A DNA stretch of 47,454 nt from Candidatus Woesearchaeota archaeon. GTDB lineage: Archaea; Nanobdellota; Nanobdellia; Pacearchaeales; GW2011-AR1. The position numbers and the translations under genes were made by a program. The stretch lies in NCBI GenBank assembly GCA_964437455.1, contig CAYTGG010000004.1:1-47454 (forward strand), in the 5' to 3' direction. Shown one piece after another: positions 35,660 to 47,382 of the stretch; within the stretch, counting starts at the first letter, position 1; each line of letters starts with the position of its first letter. The notes under the pieces are model-generated. The model was not told the origin of the DNA and made no database searches. It saw nothing but the letters and a program-made list of their open reading frames with translations.

Positions 35660-38600
35660 ATGACACCTAAAAAAACAGATAAAGAAATGATAGAAGATGA
35701 AAAAGAAAATATCTCAGATTCAGAAGTCTCTGAAGTAATGAGAAAATCTTATTTAGATTATGCTATGTCTGTTATTGTTAGTAGAGCGATTCCTGCTGTT
35801 GAAGACGGTTTAAAACCTGTTCAGAGAAGAATTCTTTATTCTATGCATCAGATGGGATTAAAGTCAGCAAGTCAAACAAAAAAATCTGCTAGAATTGTTG
35901 GAGATGTAATTGGTAAATATCACCCTCATGGAGATACTGCTGTTTATGAAACTATGGTTAGAATGGCTCAGGATTTTTCTATGAGATATCCTTTAGTTTT
36001 TGGTCAAGGAAATTTTGGATGTTTTACTGCAGATACAAAAGTAAAATTAACCGATGGAAGAGATTTATCTTTCTTAGATTTGGTTGAAGAAAATAAACAA
36101 GGAAAGAGAAATTTTACATTTACAGTTGATGATGGTATTATAAAAATTGCAGAAATAAAAAATCCAAGAAAAATAAAAGGAAATACAGAAATTATGAAAG
36201 TAATTTTAGATAATAGTGAAGAAATAAAGTGCACCTTAGATCACAAATTTATGTTAAAAGATGGAACATATAAAGAAGCAAAAGATTTGAAATCAGGTGA
36301 TTCATTAATGCCTCTTTATTTTAGACTTTCAACAATAGAGGATGATTCTAAAGCAATAGGTTATGATATGATATTTCAACCTAAAAATAGTTCTTGGAAT
36401 TTTTCTCATATCTTAGCTGATGAATGGAATATAGAGAATAATATCTATTCAAAATCTGCAGGAAGAATAAGACATCATATTAATTTTAACAAATTGAATA
36501 ATAATCCAGATAATATAAGAAGAATGAATTGGAAAGAGCACTGGCAAACTCATTATAACTTTACTTCTGAAAAGCACAAAAATGATTTAGATTATGTCCA
36601 AAAATTGGCTGAAGGAAGAAAGAAATTTTGGAGTGATGATAAAAATAGAAAAGCTTATTCAGAAAGAATGAGAGAGAGAAATTTGAATAATTGGAAAAAT
36701 AAAAAATACAGACAGAATATGATTGTAACTCTAAGTGAAGTTAATAAAAAATATTTAAAAGAACATCCTGAAAGAATAGAAGAAATACGAAGAACCGCAT
36801 CTATATCTCTAAAAAAGATGTGGAAAATATCAGAATATAGAGAATTATTTCACAATATAATCTCTGAAAATAATAAAAAAAGAGAAACTAATTTAACTGG
36901 AAAGAGAAAATTTGTAAGGATATGCGAGTATCTTAAAGAAAATAATATTCCTCTGAATAAATCTAATTATGAAGAAACTAGAAAGAATATATTTGGAACA
37001 AAAAGTTTCACTTCTTGGGATTTGGGAATTAAAAAGTATTTTGAAAATAATAAAAATCTCGTTTTATGTGAGATAAACCAAAACCATAAAGTTGTTGGAA
37101 TTAAATTATTAAATGAATTTGCAGATGTTTACGATTTAACAGTTGATAAAACCCATAATTTTGCTTTAGCTTCAGGTATTTTTGTTCACAATTCAACAGA
37201 TGGAGATCCTCCTGCAGCTTATAGATATTGTATAACTGGAGATTCCTTAGTTGTAACAAATAAAGGTATTCAAAGAATAGATAAAATTTCGAATAAAGAA
37301 GATATTGATATAAACATTTTATCTAAAGATAAGAAAATTCATTCTTCTTCTAAATTGTTTGATTCAGGAATTCACTCTACAAAAAAGATAACAACAAATC
37401 GTGGTTTTTCTTTAACTGGAAGTTATAATCATCCTGTTTTAACTCTAACGAAGAATTTGACTGAAGCTCCTACTTTTATGTGGAAAACTTTTGAGCAGAT
37501 TAAGAATGGAGATTATATTGTCTTAGACAGATTGTCCGATGATTTTTGGCCTGAAAAAAATTTAGATTTAAGAGAATATTGGTCTGAAACCGATAATAAG
37601 AGAATAAAGCAGAGAATTTTACCTACTAATTTGAATGAAGACCTTGCATTTATATTAGCTTCTTTAATCACTGAAGGTACGCTTAATCATAAAAAAATAG
37701 AGTTTTGCAATACAGATGAAAAATGGATTAATGCTTTTGAGAACAAATGGAATAAAATTTTTCCAGATAGTAAATTACATAGATTCAAAAGAAAACCATC
37801 TTCTTATGGCAAAAAAGATTATTGGAGATTAGAATGTCATTGTTTACATACAATTAAGTTTTTAGAAAATATGGGTTTGTCTCTTGTGAAATCAAAGTCT
37901 AGAGAAATTCCTTTATTAATCTTACAATCTCCAAAGGAAGTTTTAAGAGAATTTGTAAAAGTATCTTTTGAAGGTGAGGGGGGTGTTGCTTTCACAGAAA
38001 AAATGATGGAAATTAGATTTTGTTCATCGAATGAGAGCTTAATTGATCAATTCCAAATTATTTTGTTAAGGTTTGGTATAGATTCTTTTAAGAGATATGA
38101 CAAATACAAAAAATTACATCTTTTGCAGATTAGAGGAAAGAGAAATTTCTTAAGATTTTATAAAGAAGTAGGATTTTTATCTGAAAGAAAAAATTTTGCT
38201 TTAGAATATATTCTTTCCAAATACAAGAAAGATTATTCTTCTACAGATTATGTTCCTTTTTTATCTAACTATATTAGGAGATTAGCTAAATATTCTGGAA
38301 ATGAATTTATTATGAAACATAATTTTGATAGATATGGAAATATGTCTAAAAATTATTTAAGAATTTCACAAATAGTAAAAGATAAAACAGGAGTTAATGT
38401 TAGATCTCTTTTTGAATATTTTTTAGGTTACCAATATTTATTTGACAGAGTTATTTCTATAGAAGAGACTGGGAAAAAGAGAGTTTATTCTATAAAAGTC
38501 GATAGTGATTGCCATTCTTTTATTTCTAATGGATTTATAAGTCACAATACTGAAGCAAAATTAATGCCAATATCCTCTGAGTTAATTCAAGATCTTGATA

Positions 38601-40615
38601 AAGAAACAGTTAAATTTAATTCTAATTTTGATAATACTCTAAAAGAGCCTGAACTTCTTCCAGGAAAACTTCCCGCTTTAATGTTAAATGGAGCAACAGG
38701 AATAGCAGTGGGTATGGCTACAAATATTCCTCCTCATAATTTAACAGAAATATGTGATGCTATAATTGAATATATTAAAAAACCTGAAATAAGCATAGAA
38801 GAACTTTGTGATATTGTTAGAGGACCTGATTTTCCAACAGGAGGAATGATTCAGGGAGATATGAAGGAACTTTATCAAAAAGGAAAAGGAAAGATTATAA
38901 TCAGAGGAAAAACAACAACAGAATCCTCGAAAAATAGAGAACTTATAATAATTACAGAAATTCCATATATGTTAAACAAATCAACTTTAGTTGCTCAGAT
39001 TGCTAATTTAGTTCAAAATAAAAAAATAAAGAATGTTTATGATTTGAGAGATGAAAGTTCAAAAGGAAAAATAAGAATTGTTCTAGAAGCTAAAAAGGGA
39101 ACAGATCCTAAATTTATAATTAATTCTTTGTATAAGTACACTCGTTTACAAGATTCTTTTAATGCTAATTTTCTTGCTTTAGTTAAAGGACAACCAAAAC
39201 TACTAAATCTTAAGAATATTCTTGAAGAGTATGTTAATTACAGAAAAGAAATAATTACTAATAGAGCAAAATACGAATTAAGGAAAGCAAAAGAGAGAAA
39301 AGAAATTGTAGAAGGGCTTTTAATTGCACTAAAAAATATAGATGAAATTATAAGATTAATTAAAGCTTCAAAAAGTGTTGCAGAAGCTTCAGATTGTTTA
39401 ATGAAAAAATTTAATTTGACTTCTAAACAATCTCAAGCTGTTTTAGACACCAAACTTCAACAATTGACTTCTTTAGAAAGAGATAAACTAAAAAAAGAGA
39501 GAGAAGAATTAGAAAAGAAAATTGAGGAATTAGAAAGTACTTTAGGAGATATTAAAGAGATTTTAAAGATTATAGTAAAAGAGATTAAAGAAATAAGAAA
39601 TAAATATGGTGATGATAGAAGAACTAATGTTTTGAAGAATATTAAAGAGATTAAAGAAAAAGATTTAATTCAGAAAAAAGAGGTTATAGTAACTATTACT
39701 GATAGAGGATACTGCAAAAGAATGGATGTAGAAACTTATAGAGAACAAAAAAGAGGAGGAAGAGGAAGTTTAGGAAGCAGTTTAGCGACAGGAGATTTTG
39801 TGAGAAAAATAATATCCTGCTCAACTTATGATTATCTTTTATTTTTCACAACTCGTGGAAGAGTTTTATGGTTAAAAGCTTATGAACTTCCTTCAGCTGA
39901 AAGATATAGTAAAGGAAAAGCATTGATTAATCTTCTTGGATTAAAAGATGAGTCTATTACAAATATAATTCCTCTGAAGAATTTTGATGGATATCTATTT
40001 ATGGCTACAAAAAAAGGAATTATTAAAAAAATTTCTCTGAATTATTTCTCAAAACCTAGAACTTCAGGAATTAAAGCTATTAAACTTCCTTCTGATGATT
40101 CTGATTTCCTTATTGGAGTAAAAGTAATAGGAAAAGATGATGAAGTCTTTTTAGCAACTAAAAAAGGAAAAGCTATAAGATTTGATAGTGGAAGCATAAG
40201 AAATATGGGAAGAACTAGTTATGGAGTTACTGGAATAAAATTAGAAAAAGATGATGAAGTAGTTAGTTTAGAAGTTTTAAATACAGATGCTATAATGACT
40301 ATTACGAGAAATGGATATGGAAAAAGGACTAATGTGAAAGATTATAGAAAAACAGCGAGAGCAGGAAAGGGAGTAATTAATCTAAAAATTATAGAAAAGA
40401 ATGGAGATGTTGTTACTACTATTGCTGTTAATGAGAAAGAAAATATAATAATAACAACTGCAAAAGGAATAGCGATGAGAACTTCTCTTGAGAATATAAG
40501 AATTATGGGAAGAGCAGCTCATGGAGTGAGAGTAATAAAACTACAGAAAGGAGATTATGTAACAGATTTAATAAGAGTTCCTGAGAAAGAAGAAAGAAAA
40601 GAAATAATTAATTAA
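35660..40615 (+). CDS. gyrA: DNA gyrase subunit A precursor with two inteins (820 aa after splicing)
   Basis: [30 protein letters not shown]|TEA, GyrA box QKRGGRG, C-terminal pinwheel repeats. Confidence 0.97.
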   Translation: MTPKKTDKEMIEDEKENISDSEVSEVMRKSYLDYAMSVIVSRAIPAVEDGLKPVQRRILYSMHQMGLKSASQTKKSARIVGDVIGKYHPHGDTAVYETMVRMAQDFSMRYPLVFGQGNFGCFTADTKVKLTDGRDLSFLDLVEENKQGKRNFTFTVDDGIIKIAEIKNPRKIKGNTEIMKVILDNSEEIKCTLDHKFMLKDGTYKEAKDLKSGDSLMPLYFRLSTIEDDSKAIGYDMIFQPKNSSWNFSHILADEWNIENNIYSKSAGRIRHHINFNKLNNNPDNIRRMNWKEHWQTHYNFTSEKHKNDLDYVQKLAEGRKKFWSDDKNRKAYSERMRERNLNNWKNKKYRQNMIVTLSEVNKKYLKEHPERIEEIRRTASISLKKMWKISEYRELFHNIISENNKKRETNLTGKRKFVRICEYLKENNIPLNKSNYEETRKNIFGTKSFTSWDLGIKKYFENNKNLVLCEINQNHKVVGIKLLNEFADVYDLTVDKTHNFALASGIFVHNSTDGDPPAAYRYCITGDSLVVTNKGIQRIDKISNKEDIDINILSKDKKIHSSSKLFDSGIHSTKKITTNRGFSLTGSYNHPVLTLTKNLTEAPTFMWKTFEQIKNGDYIVLDRLSDDFWPEKNLDLREYWSETDNKRIKQRILPTNLNEDLAFILASLITEGTLNHKKIEFCNTDEKWINAFENKWNKIFPDSKLHRFKRKPSSYGKKDYWRLECHCLHTIKFLENMGLSLVKSKSREIPLLILQSPKEVLREFVKVSFEGEGGVAFTEKMMEIRFCSSNESLIDQFQIILLRFGIDSFKRYDKYKKLHLLQIRGKRNFLRFYKEVGFLSERKNFALEYILSKYKKDYSSTDYVPFLSNYIRRLAKYSGNEFIMKHNFDRYGNMSKNYLRISQIVKDKTGVNVRSLFEYFLGYQYLFDRVISIEETGKKRVYSIKVDSDCHSFISNGFISHNTEAKLMPISSELIQDLDKETVKFNSNFDNTLKEPELLPGKLPALMLNGATGIAVGMATNIPPHNLTEICDAIIEYIKKPEISIEELCDIVRGPDFPTGGMIQGDMKELYQKGKGKIIIRGKTTTESSKNRELIIITEIPYMLNKSTLVAQIANLVQNKKIKNVYDLRDESSKGKIRIVLEAKKGTDPKFIINSLYKYTRLQDSFNANFLALVKGQPKLLNLKNILEEYVNYRKEIITNRAKYELRKAKERKEIVEGLLIALKNIDEIIRLIKASKSVAEASDCLMKKFNLTSKQSQAVLDTKLQQLTSLERDKLKKEREELEKKIEELESTLGDIKEILKIIVKEIKEIRNKYGDDRRTNVLKNIKEIKEKDLIQKKEVIVTITDRGYCKRMDVETYREQKRGGRGSLGSSLATGDFVRKIISCSTYDYLLFFTTRGRVLWLKAYELPSAERYSKGKALINLLGLKDESITNIIPLKNFDGYLFMATKKGIIKKISLNYFSKPRTSGIKAIKLPSDDSDFLIGVKVIGKDDEVFLATKKGKAIRFDSGSIRNMGRTSYGVTGIKLEKDDEVVSLEVLNTDAIMTITRNGYGKRTNVKDYRKTARAGKGVINLKIIEKNGDVVTTIAVNEKENIIITTAKGIAMRTSLENIRIMGRAAHGVRVIKLQKGDYVTDLIRVPEKEERKEIIN
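36020..37192 (+). mobile_element. Intein 1 (391 aa) with HNH-type endonuclease
   Basis: GNFG|CFTADT ... CTLDHKF ... [16 protein letters not shown]...KEH ... VYDLTV..THNF..FVHN|S. Confidence 0.93.
37229..38548 (+). mobile_element. Intein 2 (440 aa) with LAGLIDADG endonuclease
   Basis: YRY|CITGDS ... SYNHPVL ... LASLITEG ... VSFEGEG ... [18 protein letters not shown]|T. Confidence 0.93.
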
Positions 40616-41403
40616 TTTTCCTCTAAATTATCTTTTTTGGAATTCCAGAAAGGACAGATATCCTTATATTCACACCATTCACATAATTTAGAAGGATTTG
40701 GTTGAAAATTTTCAGTTGATTCTATTTTTTTAATTAATTCCAAAATATCTTCTTTTAATTTTTCTAATTGTTCTTTTGTTCTCCTTGAAATTACTTTCTT
40801 ATTATGAGCTAAATAATGCCATATAAGTACAATCTCCTTATCTTCTCCAAATTCTTCTTTAATTGCTAAAGAATAAAGTGCTAACTGTCTGTCATTATCA
40901 ACATCTCTTTGCATGGGCATATTATTTGCTGTTTTATAATCATGGATTTCTATTCGTTGTTCTTTTAGATTATTAACGAGTCTGTCAATATATCCTATCA
41001 ATTTTCTATTTTCATCTAATAATATCTCAACTTTTTTTTCTGTTCCAATAGTATTCTCATCAAAAGGATAATTTTTTGTATAATAATCTGTGAGAAATCT
41101 AATTCCTTTATTGAAATAATCTTCTAAAGTTAAATTCTTTATTACAATTTTTGTATCCTCGTTATGATTCTCTTTCCAACAGTCTAGATATACATTAATT
41201 ATCTCATCTACTTTTGGAATTCTTCTAAATTTTATTTCATTATATAAATATTCCAAAGCATTATGAACACAAAATCCTAATAGTGCTTCAATGCTTTTTG
41301 TTTTAACTTTTATTTTGTCTATATATCTAAGTTTAAATTTTAAAGGGCATTGCTCAAAACAACTCAATTTTGAATGAGAATATATCTTATTATCTTCTTG
41401 CAT
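40612..41403 (-). CDS. PD-(D/E)XK RecB/AddB-like nuclease
   Basis: SHSKL...[31 protein letters not shown]. Confidence 0.9.
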   Translation of the reverse strand: MQEDNKIYSHSKLSCFEQCPLKFKLRYIDKIKVKTKSIEALLGFCVHNALEYLYNEIKFRRIPKVDEIINVYLDCWKENHNEDTKIVIKNLTLEDYFNKGIRFLTDYYTKNYPFDENTIGTEKKVEILLDENRKLIGYIDRLVNNLKEQRIEIHDYKTANNMPMQRDVDNDRQLALYSLAIKEEFGEDKEIVLIWHYLAHNKKVISRRTKEQLEKLKEDILELIKKIESTENFQPNPSKLCEWCEYKDICPFWNSKKDNLEEN

Positions 41404-41437
41404 TAATATTTCCAGATAAAAGCAGTTATAAATTTTG

Positions 41438-42088
41438 TTAATTTTTATCTAATTCAGAAATAAAAGTTTCTATTGTTTTTAGAATATATCCTTTTCTTTT
41501 TTTGTTAATATAAAAATATCCTATAATTGAGGCTATTAGACCTCCTAAACTATCAATTGTTAAATCAATCATAGTGTCAGTTAATCCGCTTATGTCTCCT
41601 AACATCATCTTTTGCATATTTGTATTAAATATGAGATCAACAAAGAATTCAAATATCTCCCAGATAGCACCTATTGAAACTGCGAATGAAAAGACAAATA
41701 TAGATATCCAAATTGGTTTTGCCTCTATTTTTCTTTTCTTGTATATTATAAATAGAATTGTTAATCCAATTATTCCAAGAGCCATAGCTGACCAGAAATG
41801 AAGAAAAATATCCCACCACCAGAATTTTAAATAGAATTTTTGAACTTCTCCAAGATAAAGAGCTGCAAATATGAAAAGTATCATTAATATTTCAAAGATT
41901 TCAGGAATATCTATCTTGTATTTTTTCTCAATTAAAAGTGGAATAAATGTAAGAAAAATTGTGAGAAGAGTGATAAAAAAAGTGAACCATCTTTGTTTAT
42001 ATATTTCTAAAAAAAGAGCGAGAATTAAACTTATTCTTAAGATATTTATTAAATAGAAATTTATTTTCTTTATGGACTCTTCTCTCAT
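41438..42088 (-). CDS. Polytopic membrane protein (YjdF/DUF2238-like)
   Basis: WWDIFLH, WEIFEF, DTMIDL in TM helices. Confidence 0.75.
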   Translation of the reverse strand: MREESIKKINFYLINILRISLILALFLEIYKQRWFTFFITLLTIFLTFIPLLIEKKYKIDIPEIFEILMILFIFAALYLGEVQKFYLKFWWWDIFLHFWSAMALGIIGLTILFIIYKKRKIEAKPIWISIFVFSFAVSIGAIWEIFEFFVDLIFNTNMQKMMLGDISGLTDTMIDLTIDSLGGLIASIIGYFYINKKRKGYILKTIETFISELDKN

Positions 42089-42130
42089 AGTAAGACTATA
42101 AACTTATTATATTTAAAATATCTTATTTTA

Positions 42131-42847
42131 TTATTCAGAGAAATCTTTCTCTTTACTATCTCTTGCTAAAAATCCCCACCAAGGATTTTTTATTCTAATT
42201 ATCTCTCCAGTTTCTGAGTCTATTTGAGCATCTATTTCTTCTCTTACTGGAAACAATAAAAATAATCTAGCTTTCTTTTGAACACGAACTTTGTAAATTC
42301 CGTCTTCATCTAAAGTCATATCTTCTAAAGTACAATTTCTTTGTCTTAATTTTTCTTCTACTTTTTCTTTAACTTTATCAGGAAGATAGTTTATTTCTTT
42401 AGTTTGATTATTTCCTATGTTTCTATAAACTTTTCCATTGTGATGATAGAGAGTTACATTTGTACTCATGTTTATATTCTTTACTTGAACAATAACATTT
42501 CCTGATTTTCCTGCTGTTACAGTCATTTCTCTTTTTCCATCTCCAATATCACATTTAGTTACAGAACCAGTGCAGGTGCAGTTCTCAGGACATTCTTCTC
42601 CTTGAGAAGAGATTCCTAATATATTTCTATTTCTTACTATATTTCTTATCTGAGAACTTGATTTATTTTCTAATTGGGATGTGATTAATTTTCCTTTAGA
42701 ATTATTTGAACTTTGATTTTCTTCTAAATTTGATGTTTTATTATTCTCTGAATTGTTTATTCCTTGATTTTCTTGCATAGCTCCTTGAACTAATATAAAA
42801 TTAATTAGAAGCAATACTAATATTCCAAATAAAATTGATTTTTTCAT
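42131..42847 (-). CDS. Secreted hypothetical protein
   Basis: Signal peptide, N/S-rich linker, CPENCTC, C-terminal IDSETGEII...PWWGFLA. Confidence 0.75.
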   Translation of the reverse strand: MKKSILFGILVLLLINFILVQGAMQENQGINNSENNKTSNLEENQSSNNSKGKLITSQLENKSSSQIRNIVRNRNILGISSQGEECPENCTCTGSVTKCDIGDGKREMTVTAGKSGNVIVQVKNINMSTNVTLYHHNGKVYRNIGNNQTKEINYLPDKVKEKVEEKLRQRNCTLEDMTLDEDGIYKVRVQKKARLFLLFPVREEIDAQIDSETGEIIRIKNPWWGFLARDSKEKDFSE

Positions 42848-42868
42848 AATATCTCAAAAAAAGAATAT

Positions 42869-44062
42869 TTATAAAACTTCTCCCCAACCAATTAATCTCC
42901 AATGTCCTCCAATATTTCTAGCTATTCCTAATTTATCTCCTTTTAATGTAACTAGAGGTATATTCAACATCAATTCAGTTTCTTCTTCAGAGATTTTTTC
43001 TACTGTTCCAACAGTTATTGTAGTATTTACTGAAAGCATTAACATTTCCTTAACTCTTAAATTATCCACTTTTTTATGTTCCTCTACTCCTAAAACTTCA
43101 TTAAAAAGATTAATTTTTACTCTTATTTTTTTTGTTATTTCAGGAAGCTTTCCCTTTAGTCCGACAATACGCCCTGTTAAAGAGTCTGTTTTTGTTAGAA
43201 AAGGATCTAGTCCTGTTTCAATAGAAATACTTACTCCAGGCTCAACTTCTTTAACTTTTTGGTCTCCTTTATACAAAGATAAAATTTCTGTGTTAATATC
43301 TTTATATTCAGTAGAATCTGCTTTCTTTATGGTTAATCCTGGTTTTATCTCTATTTTATCTCCTACTTTTAATTTTCCTTTCTTTAAGATACCTCCTAAA
43401 ACTCCTCCATTTAAATTTTCTATAGATTTTCCAGGACGATTTATGTCAAAACTTCTTGCTATTAAAAAAATCGGTTCTGTATTAATCTCTCTTTCTGGAA
43501 TTTCTATCTTGCATATCTCTTCAAGAATCTTATCTAAGTTTATTTCTTGTTGAGCTGAAACTGGTATTATTGGTGCGTTTTCTGCAATAGTTCCTCTAAA
43601 AAATTCTCTAATCTCTTTGTAATTTTTTAATGCTTGTTCTTTACTCACTAAATCTATTTTATTCTGGACTATTATAATATTTTTTATACCTTTAGTTTGT
43701 AAAGCCATGAAATGTTCTTTTGTTTGTGGTTTTATTCCTTCATTAGCAGCAATTACTAAAATTGCAGCGTCTATGATTGAAGCTCCAGAGAGCATAGTTG
43801 CCATTAACATTTCATGTCCAGGAGCATCTATAAAACTTATATATCTTAGAGGAGTGCCTTTCTTGTTAATATTGAATTCATCTTTATCTTTGTATATGAT
43901 TGTATTAGCATATCCTAACTTTATTGTAATTCCTCTTTTTAATTCATCAGAATGAGTATCAGTAAATTTTCCAGTAAGGCATTTAAGAAGTGTTGTTTTT
44001 CCGTGATCTATATGTCCAATCACTCCAATATTTAACTCAGGTATATTCTTTTCATCTTTCAT
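42869..44062 (-). CDS. eif2g: Translation initiation factor aIF2 gamma subunit
   Basis: GHIDHGKTT, RGITIKLGYA, DAPGHE, RSFDINRPG, WRLIGWG; start revised to ATG 44062, with a TATA-like box upstream. Confidence 0.96.
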   Translation of the reverse strand: MKDEKNIPELNIGVIGHIDHGKTTLLKCLTGKFTDTHSDELKRGITIKLGYANTIIYKDKDEFNINKKGTPLRYISFIDAPGHEMLMATMLSGASIIDAAILVIAANEGIKPQTKEHFMALQTKGIKNIIIVQNKIDLVSKEQALKNYKEIREFFRGTIAENAPIIPVSAQQEINLDKILEEICKIEIPEREINTEPIFLIARSFDINRPGKSIENLNGGVLGGILKKGKLKVGDKIEIKPGLTIKKADSTEYKDINTEILSLYKGDQKVKEVEPGVSISIETGLDPFLTKTDSLTGRIVGLKGKLPEITKKIRVKINLFNEVLGVEEHKKVDNLRVKEMLMLSVNTTITVGTVEKISEEETELMLNIPLVTLKGDKLGIARNIGGHWRLIGWGEVL

Positions 44063-44268
44063 AAAAAAGAAAGAAATAGTTAGATTAAAAGGTTTTTGGA
44101 TTATGACAAACACGTTTTCAGAATTTTCTTCTTCAGATTTTAATGCTATTTTTTATTTCTGTTTATAATTATTTAATAGAGATATCTTTTATTATTAATA
44201 GAATAAGAATTTATCGTAACTATATCTTATTTTTTTAAAAAACTCTTTTTAAGATTCTTCAAATTTTA

Positions 44269-44709
44269 TTATTCTGCTTTTTTAGTTGGTTCTTCTTTAT
44301 TTTCAGGAAATATTTCAGATAATTTTTTACTTCCTTCATTAATAATTTTTAAATTTATCTGGACTATTGATTCTGATATCACTTTTCCTCTTACAGTCTT
44401 TCTTAATCTCAATCCTTTAGGACGATTTCTTCCAACTTTCTTTTTTCCTTCTTTTCTTGGTTTTTTCTTCATGCCTTTTCCGTATGTTAAAAGGACTTTT
44501 TTTAATCCTATTCCTTCAATATTTCCCATTGAAGTAAATCCAGCTTTATCACTTGTTCCTGTAATTTCAAATTCATAATCTTCTAAATCTGAAGAAATAT
44601 CTTTTCCTGATATTTTATCATGAAGCTCTTTTCCTATAAGAGATTCTGAATCTGATTCTAATTTATAGGTTTTTCCTTCTTTTGTTCCTATATTAATTTT
44701 AAATACCAT
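44269..44709 (-). CDS. rps6e: 30S ribosomal protein S6e
   Basis: FEITGTSDKAGF, GLRLRKTVRG, IVQINLKI. Confidence 0.95.
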   Translation of the reverse strand: MVFKINIGTKEGKTYKLESDSESLIGKELHDKISGKDISSDLEDYEFEITGTSDKAGFTSMGNIEGIGLKKVLLTYGKGMKKKPRKEGKKKVGRNRPKGLRLRKTVRGKVISESIVQINLKIINEGSKKLSEIFPENKEEPTKKAE

Positions 44710-44822
44710 TAGATTTAATTGAAGAGTTAGTTTTTAAAGTTTATGAGTGATGTCTTTATTTCATTCTTATAGTCCTAGAAATATAATAATAAAACTTATA
44801 TACTCTTTTTATTTTTTTATTA

Positions 44823-45836
44823 ATGGTGATTTTAAATTCTTTTAAATTTACTTCACTGATTATATTCTTCCTATTAATCTTTCCAACTCTTGTCTCTTCA
44901 GAATCGTCAATAGTGGACTTTGATATTACTAAATTATCAGATGAAGAATATAAAATGTTCTTAGAAGGTAAGTGTGATAAGTTTAATGGAGAGACTCAGG
45001 ATTCCTGTAATCTTAGGTCTTTATTTCGGAATCCTCACATAACGGATTGTAGTGAATTTAATACTGAATACTATAAAAATCAATGTTATGCCTTTTTATA
45101 TAAAATATTGCGTTATCCTTCTCATTATGGAATTAAAGAAACTGAAATTGAAAATTTTGATAATTTTTTAAAAGCTTGCTTATCCTATAATAGTTCTTTA
45201 GATGATAGTCATTCTTTTCTTGATGAAGTAGATTATTCTAATCAAGATTGTTTATATTATTTAGCTGATATAACCGGAGATGAATCAATATGCAACAAAA
45301 TAAGTGAGTTTAGTGAAGCAAATAAAATTATTTTTGGGCAAAAAGTTTCTTATAAAAAAGCTTGTTTATTAAATCTTAAGCATATTAATTTTAAATCTCT
45401 TTTTAGTTTATATCTTTTATTTTCATTATTGATAGTTTTTTTCTTGTCTTTCTTTTTAATTAAAAAAAGAGAGAATCTAAAACCTCTTTCTAAGGATATT
45501 TTTTTAGGACTTATTATAAATTTATCTTTCATACTTTTTGTTCAATTTCCTTATCTTTTACAGAGAGAAGTAGAGACAATGTGGTATTCATTATTTTTGA
45601 TTATTTTCTTTTTTATTTTTATTATACCTTTATATTTTCTAGATAATATTCCTCCTTCTTTTCTGCTAAACTTTATTTCAATTTTTATTTCTTCAATTGT
45701 TATAATAATTTTAACTCTGATTTTCAATAAACTTTTTAGAAAAAATAAAACTTTGTTTTGGATATCTCTTGTTATTTTCCTTATCTTTTATTTTATATTG
45801 TCTTTCTTTTTTATATTAGGATTATCAAGTTTATGA
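44823..45836 (+). CDS. Membrane protein with extracellular Cys-rich helical repeats
   Basis: Signal peptide, regularly spaced Cys (e.g. CLYYLADITGDESICNKI), ~5 C-terminal TM helices. Confidence 0.75.
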   Translation: MVILNSFKFTSLIIFFLLIFPTLVSSESSIVDFDITKLSDEEYKMFLEGKCDKFNGETQDSCNLRSLFRNPHITDCSEFNTEYYKNQCYAFLYKILRYPSHYGIKETEIENFDNFLKACLSYNSSLDDSHSFLDEVDYSNQDCLYYLADITGDESICNKISEFSEANKIIFGQKVSYKKACLLNLKHINFKSLFSLYLLFSLLIVFFLSFFLIKKRENLKPLSKDIFLGLIINLSFILFVQFPYLLQREVETMWYSLFLIIFFFIFIIPLYFLDNIPPSFLLNFISIFISSIVIIILTLIFNKLFRKNKTLFWISLVIFLIFYFILSFFFILGLSSL

Positions 45837-45948
45837 GTTCTGAAATTATAGTTTTTTTAATTTAATAATATTATTCAAATCTAGACTTTAGAAATTTTTG
45901 GAAGTTCTTTTATAAGAGATCTAATCTTATGAGAAGCGCGTACAAATA

Positions 45949-46410
45949 TTATTCTTTAACTTTTCTATCTAATCCTAAGCATTCCATAACTCTTTCAGTG
46001 TCTTTCATCAAAATTTCAGGTATTTGATAATATCTTTCATTATGTTCTTCATTCCAATCAACTGAAAAAGTTCTTTCTCTTAAGTTAATTGTACCTATTG
46101 TTTTTTGAATATATTTCCATTTTTTTTTATATTCTCCAGCTGGAGCATATTCAACATTTGCATTTCCATGTCCTTGGTTATTATTAAATCTACATAATCG
46201 AACTTTTCCAACAAGGGGACTTTCTTCACTATAGTTAGTTTTTCCCTCTGGCTGTTCTTGATAAAGTGATTGCATAGCATTATTTAGAATATCCTCAAAA
46301 TCATAAGAATCTTCAGCTTTAATTGCCAATCCCTTAAGTCCGCTATTTAATCCTTCTGTATCTACAAATGTTCTGTTGTTAACTTCCATATACACAATTC
46401 TTTTGTCCAT
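45949..46410 (-). CDS. Hypothetical protein
   Basis: 153-aa ORF with upstream TTTAAATA; no motif recognised. Confidence 0.65.
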   Translation of the reverse strand: MDKRIVYMEVNNRTFVDTEGLNSGLKGLAIKAEDSYDFEDILNNAMQSLYQEQPEGKTNYSEESPLVGKVRLCRFNNNQGHGNANVEYAPAGEYKKKWKYIQKTIGTINLRERTFSVDWNEEHNERYYQIPEILMKDTERVMECLGLDRKVKE

Positions 46411-46590
46411 ATGTTTAGGATTATCTGATTCATATTTAAAGATTTAGGTGATTGGATTTAATGAGTATTTCCTTTTATTTCTCCAACAAATAACTTGCAT
46501 TTTTCCAGATTCTTTCTTTAGAAAACCTCTTTTATCTTTGATGTTATATTCAATTTTTACAATCACCTATTTTATAATGGAACAAAAGCT

Positions 46591-47382
46591 TTATCGAAGA
46601 ACTGAAGAAGCAGATTGAAGATATCCTCTAACTTTTCCAATATTCAATAAATCATCTCCATATACAGAAGTTACTTTATCTCTCAATTCCCCTTCTGCAT
46701 CAATGCAAAACTTATCTTCTTCAATTTGTTCAAGAATTTCTTTTAATCTTGGAGCAACATTTTCTCCACTAAATCCACCAGCAAAACCAATAGTTAGATT
46801 AGGACATTGTTCTCTTAATTCTGAATAAATCGCAACTGATGATTCCAAATCAAAAGGCATTCCTCTGCCTCCAGATGGATCAATCAAAGCATAGCTTATT
46901 AAATCCTTATAATCCTGAACACCTTTTGCTATTTGATTCGGTGTTTTTTTATACATAGCTTTATGTGAAGCTTGAAAAACAATTTGCATATTAGGATGTT
47001 GCTGTTTTATTCTTGCAACTTGACTAATGTCTGGCCAAACTATGTTTAATTGTATTGCTTGGCACAAATCATCTTCATAAACACCATCAAATATTTGAGC
47101 AACCTGATTAGATAAGGTGTCAATTTCTTTTGAATTGTAATGAACCATAGTTAAAACTTGTCTATCGGTTGCTTTCAATAATTCAGGAAGAGAATTTGCA
47201 GAAGGATATCTTCTATTTTGAGTTGCTTGTCCATTAAGTGTTTTGTAACTTACTAAAAATCCAAGCATTGGAATGTGTGGACTTTTCATAGAATAATCTG
47301 ATTGAGAAAACTCTCTGCAAATCTCTTTTGTTTCTTCAACATTTACTGGTCCCGTAATTCCAATATAGGGTTTTGCCCTCAT
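46591..47382 (-). CDS. TIM-barrel protein distantly related to phosphoribosylanthranilate isomerase (TrpF)
   Basis: YIGITG, IQLN, LIDPSGGRG..FD, GFAGG.S.ENV, IDAEG. Confidence 0.7.
   Translation of the reverse strand: MRAKPYIGITGPVNVEETKEICREFSQSDYSMKSPHIPMLGFLVSYKTLNGQATQNRRYPSANSLPELLKATDRQVLTMVHYNSKEIDTLSNQVAQIFDGVYEDDLCQAIQLNIVWPDISQVARIKQQHPNMQIVFQASHKAMYKKTPNQIAKGVQDYKDLISYALIDPSGGRGMPFDLESSVAIYSELREQCPNLTIGFAGGFSGENVAPRLKEILEQIEEDKFCIDAEGELRDKVTSVYGDDLLNIGKVRGYLQSASSVLR

Noticed and set aside
40612-41403. Cas4 / CRISPR adaptation gene
   Set aside because: Has a four-Cys PD-(D/E)XK layout but no cas1/cas2 or array; fits a stand-alone RecB/AddB-like nuclease.
478-46280. Short overlapping ORFs in the track (478, 2217, 5308, 11996, 14654, 16103, 16642, 17584, 21902, 23449, 27997, 36004, 41574, 41871, 43290, 43707, 45350, 46095)
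   Set aside because: They lie antisense or out of frame within well-supported genes and show no motifs.
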